Shown in pieces: positions 32,961 to 47,200 of a DNA stretch of 64,000 nt (the first letter of the stretch is position 1; each line of letters begins with the position of its first letter). The DNA is taken from positions 115,134,001-115,198,000 of the forward strand of contig CM097885.1 in the NCBI GenBank assembly GCA_044892525.1, written 5' to 3'. The stretch is from Schmidtea polychroa (lineage: Eukaryota). A program made the translations under genes and the position numbers. The notes beneath the pieces were generated by a model. The model did not search any database. It was not told the DNA's origin and saw only the letters and a list, made by a program, of their open reading frames with translations.

Positions 32961-35452
32961 TGTTGTAGGGCCAGAAATTCGGTAGCATTTATATTTATTT
33001 GTGTAGAATCAGTCCTGATAAATGAAAGTATTGCGAACTATATTTTATAATTAATATATTAGGAATTAAAATATAATATTTTCCAAAAACGCGCCATGCT
33101 CGTTGTCGTGGTGACGCCTACACGTGTGTGTTTGTATGTCATGTTTCGTCTCTACGACGCGGCTTATCATGCTTACTGGATCAGTCTGGACTCATGCCTT
33201 TCAAGCAAATTCATCTATCCACTCTCTCGCCCTTACACACAGTTCTACTATCCTGAGCAATTACGATTACGAAATTATGATGTCATAGTGTAGTTTACTA
33301 TCCAGATTTATTACCATCCTACTGAGATGCATTCTATTTTAAGGCGTAATAATGCGTGTATTTCCGAGACACAGTCGATTAAGATTTCTACTAGAAGTTT
33401 TATGAGCAACCATATTCTAGATGGTAGATGACCAATTCGGGGGATAATAGGTGAACTGGTGTTGGAAATCTAATTTTTATCGTACGGACGACTCAAGATA
33501 ATCACTTGTCAGTGCATCAACTGAATAAGTCAGTACGGAAATTGGTATCTTATCATTCCTACCAGATTCCCGTCGGTCGTTTAATTCTATTAGCCACAGT
33601 TTGACTGAAATTCATTTATCAATTATCTGACAACCTCGACCGCGGCTTCCTAATGCAATTAACAATTTACCGATGACACTGTCAGTGGTTGATCTCATCT
33701 CTATCGTCGATAGTCCGATAATTGCTCATGATTTATTTACCTTATTTGCAGAAAACGGCGCTTATCAGAAATCCGAGTGTCAACAATCAAGGCTATAAGT
33801 ACATCCCCTATGGGTTTCATCGCTAACGTGCTGGCAATCCAAATCAGACGATATCTTATGAATTTACTATGCTGCAGACAAACAGTTGGATTTAATCGCA
33901 AACGGTGATTGTCAAGATTCTTTCTTAGCTACTCTGATCGTCAGGCTGATTTTCCTGAAAGATTTTCCTCAATCTATGTGAAGTTTGTTTGGATCTATCT
34001 AAACACTCATATCCATCTAAATCCGGATTAACCTCTGTTGGGAGTTCAAGCTTCCTATACGAATATCAGAAATCCCGATATAACTGAACGAAATGATAGA
34101 ATTATCCTCCTAACGATCGCGCTGAGTGAAGGAAAATTTTTACTCCGCAACTGGATTTTTCCATCTACCGAGTCTCATCACCCCTCATGCACCGTCATGA
34201 GGGACCAATCAACTCCTTTACATTCAAAAAAAAAAAATTAAACATTCGTATAAAAGTCATAATAATGACAGAATAAATGATGAGCAAAATAAACAAATCG
34301 AAATACCCGGCGACCATATCATCTGGGCTCCAAGTATGATGCTTTTCCCTTTTCGATCATATATTCAATTTCAGCATTTGCAAACATCTCATTGATTATT
34401 ATCACCTTCTCCAGTCCTAATATCTTCGCAACATCTCCTAGATGCATGCCACAAAAACTCCTCGTGGCTACTTCCTCCATTTGGCATCATACTTGAAATC
34501 ACCAGAGGGTATAGTCGTCGGCACCATGAAGAAAGGCAGTTTCTATTTTCAAATAAATTTATTAAATGAAATTATTCTTATTATTTACAAAAATTTACTA
34601 AAGTCAATCATAAATATCTATTAAATTCAATCATATAAGACTAATCCATAAATAACTTAACATACTTCGAGGTTTGAAAAACTGGAGTTAATCGGTTAAC
34701 GCGAAGGTTTTCTTGAGTAAGTTTACTGAGCTTCTTCCTAAAATCGATTTGGTTGTTTTTGAAATTAGTCCTTCGTAGTAGTTCGTAAGTCAAGTTCTGC
34801 AATCGTGAAAATTAAAGTGGTTCCTGAATGTCGTCCTGTAGAGTTTGGTTAAAAGTGGTTGTTCAAATTTAAAAATTTTACCTGTAGAGTTTGGTTAAAA
34901 GTGGTACTCTACTAATTTTTCGCGTTTCTTATATACTATTTTTTCGTCCAATCAGGACTCAGTTAGGTTGTAATTTTTATATTTATTATTATTTAATGTT
35001 TTTATTATAATATATTAGCCTTTAATAACTTAACTTATTTCTTATTATTATTTTATTTATTTTTCTTATTCTTATTATTTTTCTCCTATTTTTCCTGCTG
35101 ATTTATGGTTACTTTATTGCCATATGATTTTTTGTTTTAATTAGGCTTAGAGATATTTTTATTTTTATTTATTGCTTTAATTTCTCGTTTATTTTCTCTC
35201 ACTTTTTCGTTTATTCTATTTCTACTTTACCCGCTGGGTGCTTTAAATCCTTTCTCTTTTGTCTTCGTTCCAATTCTTAGGGGTTTTATTTATTTATTAC
35301 TTATTCTTATTTCTTTTTATGGGTATTTTATTGTTTCCTTATTTACTATTGAGGTTTGATGGTAATTTATCTTTTATTATATTTTGTTTATTTTTCGAGG
35401 TTCGCTTCCCGATTCAACCCAGTTTTTCTCTACTTCAAAATTTAGCCCAACA
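32961..35452 (-). repeat. 5' LTR, about 2.49 kb
   Basis: Right end is fixed by the repeat boundary (TGTTGGGCT on minus). Left end is inferred from plus-strand TGTTGTAGGG at 32961, which gives TGTTG...CAACA termini. Confidence 0.8.
34877..34952 (-). promoter_or_regulatory. LTR promoter: CCAAT box, TATA box and downstream 5' splice donor
   Basis: ATTGG/CCAAT at 34948-34952; GTATATAAG at 34936-34928; CAG|GTAAAA donor at 34882/34881. The same layout occurs in the related LTR at 43.2 kb. Confidence 0.65.
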
Positions 35453-35862
35453 ATAGTCAACTTTTATTCTGCAACTCCATCTGCAAACAAATCTTGATAC
35501 GATGATGAAAAGACACTGACACACAAGCACAGCGAGTAAATCGAGATCCTTATCGACTCACGGTAGAGTGTGATGCAACTAGACGATGCCCACGAAATAC
35601 CCGATAACGTCATGACGTCTCCCAGTAGATAATAATTTTTTATTACTCAACAGAGCATGAGGATAATTGAGTGAAATTAACATGAGGTCCACGAATGCAC
35701 ACCAGATAGAAATCTGAAACTAATGCATGTCTACACACAGTTAAGCGTCACTATGATGACAATTACGGTGTGGAATTTAAATAGTTAAACTTTTAAATTA
35801 TAATAAAAAATATATTTAAATTAACAACTTGTGATTTTACACCAATCTATCCCGGTTTAACA
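35453..35862 (+). mobile_element. 3' part of a related LTR into which the main element inserted
   Basis: Patchy similarity to the distal main LTR (acacacag..gcgtcac..), followed by ORF-X and the motif in the same order. End coordinate is tentative. Confidence 0.45.
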
Positions 35863-36297
35863 CCACGTAAGGGGACATTGGCAGTATTGATCTATCTGTT
35901 TTAACATAAAACCTACATAATTCTACAAGGCATAAAAACAAAGTATAAAAAGTATAATTGGAAAAAATAATAAATAAAATTAGAGATGATGAAAATAATA
36001 GCGAAACTCAATAACGATGAATTAAACAGTGATTGTCAAACCCCGAAAATAGACACAAGATTGATGTAAGAGTTAAGTTATTTGCGGATTCCCATTTTCT
36101 TTTTCATTGAATTGCAAAGAATGAGTAAATTGATTTGAATGTTTGAGGTTTAAATGAATGTGAGTGTTGTCAAGGGTGCGAATATGTGGGATAGTCCTAA
36201 ATGGATGTATTTATGGAACGATAAAACTCGCGTCGTAAAAGTATAAATGACATTTCAATGATTTTAAAGGTGTAAATGTAAACTTCTTAATCTTTAG

Positions 36298-37061
36298 ATG
36301 ACTACTTCAACTAATTCTGGAAAACACTTTCACCCGTGTTTCTCCTGCACCGATAAAAATGCTGATATCGTGCAGCTTCATCTTTATATCGGGGAATTAA
36401 AGAAGCGTATTGACCTATATGAAGGAACGTGGTTCTCCCCGCCACAAATGAAGGAAGAGAAGAGCAAGATTTTACGATTGGAGCACTGCCGTGACAGTCT
36501 CCTAGAAGAAAGCAGGTGCCAGAGGCTAACCATAAAAGCCCAATCAGAGGCTCTCCACAAGGTATATTCCGAATCAGAGATAGCGAAGCGAGTTCGCGAA
36601 TACCCCATAAAAGACGGGACTAACGTGTTCCCAGTACACCATCAATCCTCGGAAACATCTTCGACAACTAGTTGTAAGGGACATGGCCTACAGTTGCCAC
36701 CCATTCTCGCCCAGTTCTCTCGGGCTATAGGCATATGACAAGCGGTCCATCGGACCCTATCTTGGCTCCGACTCTCATATCTCACATCGCTCAGCCTTCA
36801 ACTGAAACTACAATGCCACCTCGAAAGCGTAAAAGGCCTACACGCTCTGAGAAGAATCAGAAGCGCAGAAACGCCATGGCCGCGCTCGAAGCTTCGTTAT
36901 CTGTGGCACAATCGACCATCAAAGAAATCTCAACCACCCATTCAATCCCATCGAAAGAAGTATTCCGGGTAGTCCCAACCGTCAGTATAAAATTTCTTGA
37001 AGATCGCTGGCTACCCGTTGATATTGATGAAATGATTGCTGAAGGAGAAGTCATCCAGTAA
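36298..37061 (+). pseudogene. ORF-X homologue with one frameshift (~36715-36735)
   Basis: KKRIDLYEGTWFSPPQMKEE.SKILRLEHCRDSLLEESR and HSIPSKEVFR..LPVDIDE match the 31900-32661 ORF. Confidence 0.85.
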
Positions 37062-37362
37062 TTCGACTTTCCACCAGTCTCGATTTCGTTCATTTCTTAA
37101 TAACCACCATGATAATCAACGACATTTTTCTAAGAAACTGCATCGCATGTTTTTTTTCGATTTGGTTTTTCTTTCTCAATGTATTATCCAGTTGTAAAAT
37201 ATATTTTTATTGAAATCAATATAAGTTTCGCTGTGTTTAATGAGTTATTTGCAGAAATTGTTATGTGATTGGTATAAATTGAATGATAAGCTTTGAATAT
37301 ACACCAGTGAATGAAGGTCGTCCTCTTGGACCAAGGTCGAACCGAGTTATGTATGAGAGTAT

Positions 37363-37530
37363 GGGTATATCCTTCTACGGCACCTTAGAACCCGAACCGT
37401 GAGTGGTTTAATAGCAGTCCTAAGGGGCTCACCTGTTAACAAACTCCAACCCATGTGTGCATCACCAACGTGTAACCTCTCCACGGGCTCACATGAGGGA
37501 CATCAGTAAAATCATCACGGATATGCTAGG
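37363..37530 (+). ncRNA. Conserved structured motif, copy B
   Basis: TCCTTCTACGGCAC..GTCCTAAGGGGCTCACCTG..ACCAACGTG..CCACGGGCTCA. Confidence 0.55.
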
Positions 37531-38224
37531 TGAGGGGACTGAGCGAATTAGATCGATTATATGTCCTGTACTTAAATTTTCTTTCCTCCCCACACATCCA
37601 ACACTGCAAACAACTGCTCTTTGTCTCATTATCTTTCTGGGGTTTAATTTTCAAGCATTTTCTGGCGATTTTTGAATTTTTATTTTCCGTTTTTACCAGC
37701 TTTTCCTTAAAAATGTCAGTGCCAATAACTATTCTATTCATTGTTACTTTCTTAGTATTTTCCATCTTTTATTTATCCGCTTTGTTTGTTTTAACTAGGT
37801 TTTCTATCTTTTCGTTTTTTGATTTTTAATTGTTTTATTTGCATTTTTGTTTATTAATCTAATTTTTCATTATATTTTCTTTTTTTATTTTATTCGTTTA
37901 TTTATTTTTTTAGTATTTTTCACTTTCCTCTATATTGATAAATTTTCGCGTACTGTTCAAGTTATTGATTCGCTTTGACTAAACAACTATATTAAATATT
38001 TTGAAATAATTTTCAATTATAAAAATTATCTTATTTTATTCAATTTTGCCAAAAAAGGCTTATATTATCATTTAATAATAATAAAAATATTAATAATAAG
38101 AATAATTAATTAATATATTAATAGACAAAATGCAACAGATTTATTTAGCTCTAGCATAAAATTTGAAATAAATATTTTATTACAAACTTAAACTGTTGTT
38201 AATTTTAAAACAACATTTTTTATT

Positions 38225-41200
38225 TTACTCAATTTTTCCATCTGTCATAGCTTCATACAAATAAGAGAGATTCAGTTTCTGCGTGATTTCTAGCAGTTTT
38301 AATTTTGTAGATTCGTTCCGTGTACAGCATGACAAAAATGCTTGTAACTGGGGTATACAAGCACCAACATCAATAGATCGAAGCCATTTAATTTGTTGGA
38401 CATCATAATTTTCTGAATGTATCTTAAAGGTTCATAAGTAAATAGAGTGAAAGCATAAATAATTATTTTGAAAAAACGCAACAATAATGTAAATCTTTTT
38501 CACAAAATCAGTTATATTATTTTATATTTATTCACTGTGTTCAACAGAAAAGCAAGATAAAAATAATTATATAAAATGAAAACGGTAATAATACAAACTA
38601 AACTTACTGCTATACATTTTGTTCTTTCAGCAAATATTCCCAAATCATTAAAGCACTTCGAATCAGAGGAAAAATGAATTATATGAAAAACAAAATAGAT
38701 GTCGAAAAGTTATAAATTATTATAAGAGATTGAAATATATTAAAGTCATTAAATTCACATTTTAATTTAATCAAATATTTTAAGAAAAAAGTTCATTGGT
38801 TCTGTTAGACCATAACTGGAAAAGATATCATTAGTTTAAATAAAAGGTTAAAACAGCACAGAAGAGCGAAAAAATATAAAATAATTATTTTATGCGTCCC
38901 ACCCATTTCAATATATTTGGCCCAAAAAATAAAAAATTTCATGTTTCATTTCATTTTTTCTTCAATATACGCGTAGATCCCACTTGGTAGGCTTTTGTGG
39001 ATTATACATCTTAAATGCAACACGTCCTTTGAATCCAATTGTGGATTCGTGTATAGCATCAGATTGGTTTGGATGAAGTTGGATAAACATTTATCTCGCA
39101 CGGTATTGACAACAATGCCAAGTTGGTCTGGTCTGGTTACAACGACTCCAACCGGGACAGGTGGAGAAAGCGCATCTTACAGAAGACGTCCACAAAGAAT
39201 GGCATGGTATTTGTCCAATCTTTGGAAAAGAAATCGAAAAAATTAGGTTTATCGTTGATGGCTTTCATCATTTTATTCAAAAGAACTGTCCTCATCATCA
39301 TCACTACTCAAATTTGCATCTGGTAAGTCATCTTCAATTTCGTTATCATCATCACTTGCAACAGAATAATCTTCATTGTCGTCGTACATTGCAAGTTATT
39401 GCTCTAACACTTCTTTCTGCACCACGAAATCTCTTAGCCATCGTTCACAATTATTTATTCTGAAATAAGAGATTATCATATAATAATTGATAATTATAAA
39501 TACTTACTGGCAATAATAAACACGCGACGGCAAGTCTGTGTCGACCTAGACCTGAATGACATAAGAGCCAAGAAACTCTACAGCTGTGTTATCGCTAGCG
39601 ACAGTATAGTACAAGTCCTCACCTGGGCGGGGAATCTCTATTTCCCTCTATTTTCCTTGTATTTAGATCTCTGATCATATTTCATTTTTCTTCGACTCCA
39701 CGTCATTAATCAACATTTGTATAGCCATCGTCCCTTGTTTTGTAGACTATGTCAACTACTACTACATCTCCATTGGTCTTGAAGCCCTGTTTCTCGTGTT
39801 CGGACAACACCGTCAACCGAGGACATCAGGCAGAAATGCGATTGCTAAAAAAGAAGATAGCCCACCTGGAGGGGAGTCAAGTTTGCAACATCAGCTAGAA
39901 AATATGGACATTAGGTCCAAATGGATATGAAAAAGAATAATTGAGCGTCAGAAATATTAACATGATAACTGTTATAAGTGAAAATCAAAATATATTAATT
40001 TGGCAGCGTTTGAAATATTCATCGAAATGTTAGATAATCTAAACTTTTTTTAAAAATTATAAAATCAATAAAAATTTATATTATTCATTAAGCGATGATA
40101 ATAAACATCCAAGTTGAGAATTGATAGTTTTTAGTTTAATATTTAAGAAATATTATATTTTTCAAGATTTTTTATTTGTAACATAAACTCAATAAATTTT
40201 AAATTGAAATTAAAAACGTACCAGATTTGAATGTGTAATGCTGATGATGGTGTTAAAAAGTGAACTTATTTCAAGGTATATTTCTTGAATTGACGTATTT
40301 TCAGTCTGCAAACTGCAAGTATAAGCTAAGCGCACCAGATTATCTAAAACATTTGGTTCAGATTGTAAGAGATTGAGAGCTTCATCAGCCGCCATATTGG
40401 CAACTACGACATTAATTGTAGGTAATATCAGTATCAAACTGTTATAGAATTGACCAATAATTATTAGATGTGGCTCTTCATCACATATTTTGTTGAGATA
40501 TTCGTCGAAACTCGAATATACAGCATTAAAATTTAAAACTAAGCAAAATAGTAATTTAAATAAGTATCAAATTTTTACTTAATGCTACGATTCCATTTTC
40601 ATTGGTTGAAAACAAGTGAATAAGATAATGAAAGTAATCAATATCGTTATTGGTGAACCACCTATAAATATTAATCATTTAAAGAAACTACAAAATATAA
40701 TATTCCATAATATTCAAGATCAATTTTTAAACATAAACTATGGCACCATATATGAAAAAAAGGTAAGTCCTTCTATCGGCACTCAGGAACCCGTACCGCG
40801 AATCTTACAGGGAGTATTCCTAACATATGGGCTCACCTGCTTGTAAGTTCCAAACTGCGTGCGCATCACCAACATGATACGTCGTCATCGGTACACTTAT
40901 GGGAGATAAATCGTAAATCGTGAAGGAAGCTTAGGGGATTAGACTGAGTGCACAAATATTTACCCTCAGTAACCAACATCAAGATCAGCTCTAATCTGTT
41001 GGCCTATATCAACTGTTTCTCTCATAATTTGTTTCTTCGTGATATTCATATGTTCCGTGAATAAAATACAAACAAGCAGTATCTATTCTAGCATAAATGG
41101 TTTTGTATAGAACTATAATAGGTTTAGTATAAAGTGAATATTTCTTGGTAGCAACATAAATTTAATATTAAACAATTATATGATAATATAAGCCTTTTCC

Positions 41201-44200
41201 TGTGAAGTATATATTCAATAAAATGAAAGAATTTTTCAACTATAAAAATAGTCCTTTTCAATAGATCTTCATTTTCAGTGATTTCAAACCAATCACCAAT
41301 GTAATTGGCTGAAAGGAGTATAAATAAAAATATTTAATGACAATAATAAATTACTATTCATGAATTTTCCAGCAGCATTCTTATTCAAATTTGTCTGAAA
41401 TAGTTGGACACTAAGCGTTTCTAAAAAAATGATAAAAATATAAAATAATTTATAAAAAATTTACTCTTTCCAACGACAGATTTTTTAATATTATTTGATG
41501 AAAATGAGTGAAATTGTAAAATTGAAAATTAATTGTGACGATAATTGTGAATGAATATGCTTATAAAGAGAAATTGATTTTGGTAATCGACCAATCATAA
41601 TTGAGCAATACAAATTATGCATACATAATTTTGAAAATACACACAAAGATGAGAGAAATTTATGCACATGTCCTTATTAATGAAGTCGCGAGTTAAACAA
41701 TTATATGTACGATTTAATAATGACCTATCTTTGTTAATCTTACATGGTTAACAATGTAAGTGCACCGAGCATTAAGTTTAAGTTTCTCATTGTTTGTAGT
41801 TTCGAACCCAATAAAACTGTATAATAGAAACTCAAAGGATGAAACATATGTATCTTGTTCGGTTTCTTTGCTAATAAATATTTTCCGATTCCATTGACCT
41901 GAATAGAACTACATCAATAAATTAAATATTTGAAAAACCTACTCCATGACAACGTTATCATTTGCAGTAATTTGTACCTCATTTTCAAATACTCAATATA
42001 TTATAACATACACAGGTTCAGCAATATAAAATTCCACATAATTTCTACTATCTGTAATAGATATCATTAGAAATACTTCTTCAAATGCCCCATATTCAAT
42101 AACTGTTTGATGCAATGATCGATCAAATTAGGATCACAATTCAAATTTACTGCAAATCATTTATCAAATATAGTTGTCTTTTCGTTCGTTTGTTTAGATG
42201 CGATGACCGATGTTTTCTACTTTTTGGAGCAGGGTCAGAATGCTAGTTAATCATCATTTTGAAATACTCGCGATCCCTGGTAAAGCCTTCTTTAGTTCGA
42301 ATAAAGCATTTGTTTACAGAGAGGATAATATCTTTTTATCATCTGTAATCACATATTTAGTAGTTTTCATACTGAATATAACTAAGTCTAGGAATCGGGA
42401 TTGCAAATCTATCAATTATCCGCAACCAGCCGGATCCGCACTGTTTACCAATAAAACATGGTAATTCCCCGCCGGCTTACCTACAACTATACTTTACAAA
42501 AATGTTGAATCTTTTGTAAAATCAATTAATTTATCATCGAGTATTTTTATTTCTATCGTTTATACATGAAGTTAAAACAGGTAAATACATGAAATTATCT
42601 AGTGATACCATTTTCCTACTCATTCATTTCAATAAAGACACATTGGAATCACCAACAAAGGCGGGTTCAATAATATGTAAATTAACATTTCCTGATAAAG
42701 TTTAATTATTTTCGGTTTTTCTATACACTCATAAAAATCCTAATGATTATTAAAAATATGTGAACAATTTTGAATTAGATAAACTGATCAATGTCTGCTA
42801 TATATAATTCATTCTTAAAAATAAATGTGTATGGCTGATAAAAAGGAAAGGTTACTGTTGGGCTGGAAAGTAAAATAATAATTTAAAAGCATAAGAGGAA
42901 AGCAATAGGAAATAAAATAAAAATTGGAAACAAACCAAAAATAAATAAAAATCAGGACAAATAAACAATAAGAATAAACAATAACAAATTAACCAAAGAG
43001 AATTAAAACAAAAAATAAAAAGATGAAAAATTAAGATAAGAAAACCCGGAAAAACAGTAAAATAATGGAAATTAAATAATAAATAACAAAAATAAATAAA
43101 AAATAAAGAAAACAATAAGGAAACACTAAGAAAACCACGAAAAACAAAGAAACCAAATTAAATTAAAAAATTACACCGCGCTCAATTTTGATTGGCTCGC
43201 ACAAAAACAAAATTAGGTATATAAGGGGAACACTGAATCAGAATATTCAGTGTTAACCCAACAATTCTTAAGGTAAAATTTGTGCATATATTCACGTTCA
43301 GTGTTAACCCAACAATTCTTAAGGTACACAGCGCATTCTAGGATCAATCAATTATTAATTTCCGACGACAAATCACTCGTGGACTTCAATATTTTAGCGA
43401 AGCAGTAGTATTGAAATAAAAAGTAAATTTTTACCATTTGTAAAGTTTTTGAATTTCTATGGTTGGACTAATATAAATTTATACTTAGTAAAGGGTTTCG
43501 TTTCTTTTGTTCATCAGTAATTAATAGTATTAGTAAAATTTTCCTTTAATTTATGTTTCGAATATACTTGTAATTATCTATTTAGAATAAAAATTTTTGA
43601 TACAAGTCGAATTATATTTAATAATTCAGTATTTTGTATATATTTTATAAAAAGTCGAAAAAATAATATTTTGAATTCCATTATAATGATGATAGTGTAT
43701 GATGCGAAGCTGAGGTTCGGCTGGCCACCGCTCGAGGAACACTGGTTGTTCCTCCTGCAAGAAGGTCGGGTGTGACTTCAGAGGCACAGTGGTTGAAATG
43801 GGTCATCGTGGGGGCTTCCTCACTGATCCGTCACCACAGGAAGGAGAAGTGCGGATTTAGAATCACAAAACAGAAAATAAAATGTCAAAATGAGTAGTGT
43901 ATAATATAATTGTGCGGCATGGAAAATCACCAATCTTCGCAATGAGTAAGGTGGCCGGAATATCTTTCATTTAGCCGATTCGAAAAGCGAGTATCCAGTA
44001 GTCATCGTACTTTGGGCCATCTGAAAGCCAAATCTGACGTTAGTTTCTTTCTGGTAGAATTTTCGATCCATATATCGTAATCGGCAAGACTATCATACGG
44101 TGGTAAGAATCATAAATCGAGTAAAATTCCTACACTCGCGGTGAATGGTCATCGATATCTAAATCGCCGTAGAACGTTTGAAAATTCCGAATTAAAACCT

Positions 44201-47200
44201 CGTCGGACTACCAAACTTGTCTTGAAAAACATTCTGAGTGAAACGAGGCAAAGCCCCGAATTTCGATATAGGTAATTCCATAGTTGCAGATAATCGGACA
44301 TCCATCGATCGGTGATGTACTTGTAGGAAAATATACAATATTAAATTCCAGCTGTTTAGATGTTGTGAAAATGACGGCCGATAATTTTGTCACTTAGATA
44401 ATTTGATAAGGCACTACTGAATCGTGGTATGAACCGAATACACCTTGATAAGAATATGCAATAGAATGTTCTTCAGTTGTTGAAATCACACATGATCGCA
44501 CCAAGATAATCAATTAAACATAATCACTCGCCTGCGAATGTCAGACACTACGATCACAATCAACGGGCAGATAATCCGCCAGCATTTCCACTCAAACTGA
44601 CTGCTGCTATCGATTTATTTATCACATGAAACATTACATGTGGGGATTCTACTAAGAGAGTGGCCGAATAATCATAATATGATAAAGATCGACAGCTAAC
44701 CACGGGATACCGATAAGAATTTCAAACGACGGCCGTACATCAGAGAGTGAATTTTTGTCATAGAATTAACTCACTAAATGCACTTCGGTAAAAGCTAACT
44801 AGAGATTTTGATAATAAAGAATATTAATTGTAATGCAACAGATACTGCCTTAATCAGTTATTTAATAACTAAATATTTTAATGATTAAAAATTTCTTGTA
44901 ACATAATGGATACTGTTTTAATTAATGACTAATAACTAAGGATTGAACTAATCATTTGCTGTTATCGAATCCCCCGGGGAATATCTCGTTCCGTAATAAT
45001 AAGACGAGGGCTCATGAACGTCGTAGGGTTGAACTAAAAATTCTGAGTGGCCGATCTAGCCCAGCGGATAATGATTTGATTTTTTTTTATTTTTGCAATT
45101 ATCTCTCTAAATTTATCCAAGTCCCGATGTTTTCTGGTATGTGTTCCGGATGATATGTGTGTGTTGATTTTCTTTTAAATTAATATGATTTTTCTTTCTA
45201 ATAAAATGATGGTCGAATGAGCATGATGGCAGTCATGAGCTTACTAGATATAAACTATTCTTAATAGAATTTTATTCAGCTTTCGAAATGTCCAAGTTGC
45301 CAATCACCCCAGCCATACGTCCATGTCTCTCTTGCGCGGACAAAAATCAATTAATACAGACTCTTCAAACTCAAAATGGCCTCCTAAAAAAGAAATCGGA
45401 CCATTTAGAAGGGACGTACTTTTCTCCAAGTCAAATGAAGGAGGTGAGAACGAGACTTACTCGAGTAGAGAAGTGTAGGGACGATGTGTTAGAAGAGAAT
45501 CGCGCTTTACGCACCCTTATTAAGGAGCAATCCGAGGCGTTAGATAGGGTGTTCGTACAAGCTTCAGTCACACGCAAAATCGTCAATATCCCACTCGCGG
45601 AAGAAGATAATTTGTTCCCGTCCCACCACCTTTCAGGGATCTCGTTGGTGAAGCCATCAAATCAGGTCAACTTAAGCCACTCGAACACTCCTCGGCCGAC
45701 GGCCGAAGTCGTCTGTACCGGCACAAGTCGCGCTGACCCCAGGATAGTGGACTTAACAACTTTGATCACCCTTCCGGAGGTGAAAAAGACCAAGAAACGC
45801 CGGCAACCATCTAGGGCCGAGCGTACCAAAAGGAAAAGGCCGAAAGAGAAACGGCTCTGATCGCCTCTGTTCAACCGCCAGCTCCAGTACTTCCAGTAGA
45901 ACCCTCCTCGCATTCTCTTCCTATCTACCGGGTAGTCCCGCCCGTCGATTCCTCATGGGAAGAAAACGCTAAAGACTTTTTCGATCTCGATGAGATCTTT
46001 GCCGGAGCTTCTCCGAATACCTTGTGATCTACATCCCTGTTCATCCTCGAAGATTATGTAATCCTGTAAATGTAATTTCTTGTAATAGTTCGTTAATATA
46101 TTTTTCTGTTGTGACCTGTCAAATTAAATAATTTTGAATGTTTGGGTTAAGATGGATGGCTGAGACGGAATTTAGACAATAAGTGAAGGGAGTCAATGTG
46201 TGGCAGAGATGTGATACAGCTGAATTTAGGGAGAATAGAAGTGAGGATGATGTGGTAAAAGTTGCTGATGAATGTGAAATAAAGACAAACTAGTGGTTGA
46301 GTGTTGTGGTGGAGGTTGATTGCAAAGAGGGATGATACATGAAATCTTAGAATGATGTGAATGACGTAAGTCCTTCTATCGGCAGTCGAATGTTTGTTAA
46401 GTCGAGTTGTGGTGGGGGAGTAGTCCTAAGGCAGGGGCTAACCTGCTCATTCGCAGCTCGCCGACGTGGCACAGTACCAACATGATGTAAATCATGGGTG
46501 TCATGTTCGGAGTATGATCGTGTGGGTGTTGGTTAAGGGTCCCGTGGGATGAAGATGCTGTGTGTGCGGTTAGGACTATCAACCCCTAGTGTAACAAAGT
46601 ATTTTTGACCCGACCCAAGACCCAGCATTACTTTTAATTTGATAGTCTTTCAGATCGCATTTTTTCATATATCTAGGTTATGGTATCTGTAATGTATCTG
46701 TAATTTTCGAACGATGCATAAGATGATAAATAATAATATACAACATATAGAAAATGGTAATCAGGATATAATATGACGTAGTTATTATAAGGAATACTGA
46801 TATCACATTCATCGTTTTCATTATCAAATTAATTGTTAAAATAAAAATTATTTGAATAGAATATTTTCATCAAGTGGAACAATTTTTGGTAATTAAAATT
46901 AATTTTAAGACTAAATAATTTATAAAAATGTAATATCAAAATACTTTATTTTGATTGGTTCATTCTTTTTACAATATTGTCATTGAAGACGACTGACATT
47001 TACTTCAAGTAATTGTTTTCTCATTACTTAAGTCTATATTTTGATTTCAGTGGTTTAAAAACTAGTAAATTAATGTTACAGGCAAACAATAATACTTGAT
47101 TGACTTATTCAAATATTTAGTATATATTGATAAACACTTTATGCCATAAATCTCCAATATAACATCCAAATAAAAACTTGAAACGATTGATTATCCTTTA

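Larger units (their letters stand above)
1..35452 (-). mobile_element. Giant Ty3/Gypsy LTR retroelement with env and accessory genes; 3' LTR runs off the window start; this copy is coding-defective
   Basis: Direct repeat 1-1646 / 33846-35452 brackets minus-strand gag, env, PR-RT-RH-IN ORFs. RT-RH-IN order and YIDD RT are Ty3/Gypsy type. Confidence 0.95.

Noticed and set aside
46440-46510. SECIS interpretation of the conserved motif (AA bulge plus mini-stem)
   Set aside because: The UGA/GA quartet is not present in the copies, so the element's TGA stops cannot be read as selenocysteine on this basis.
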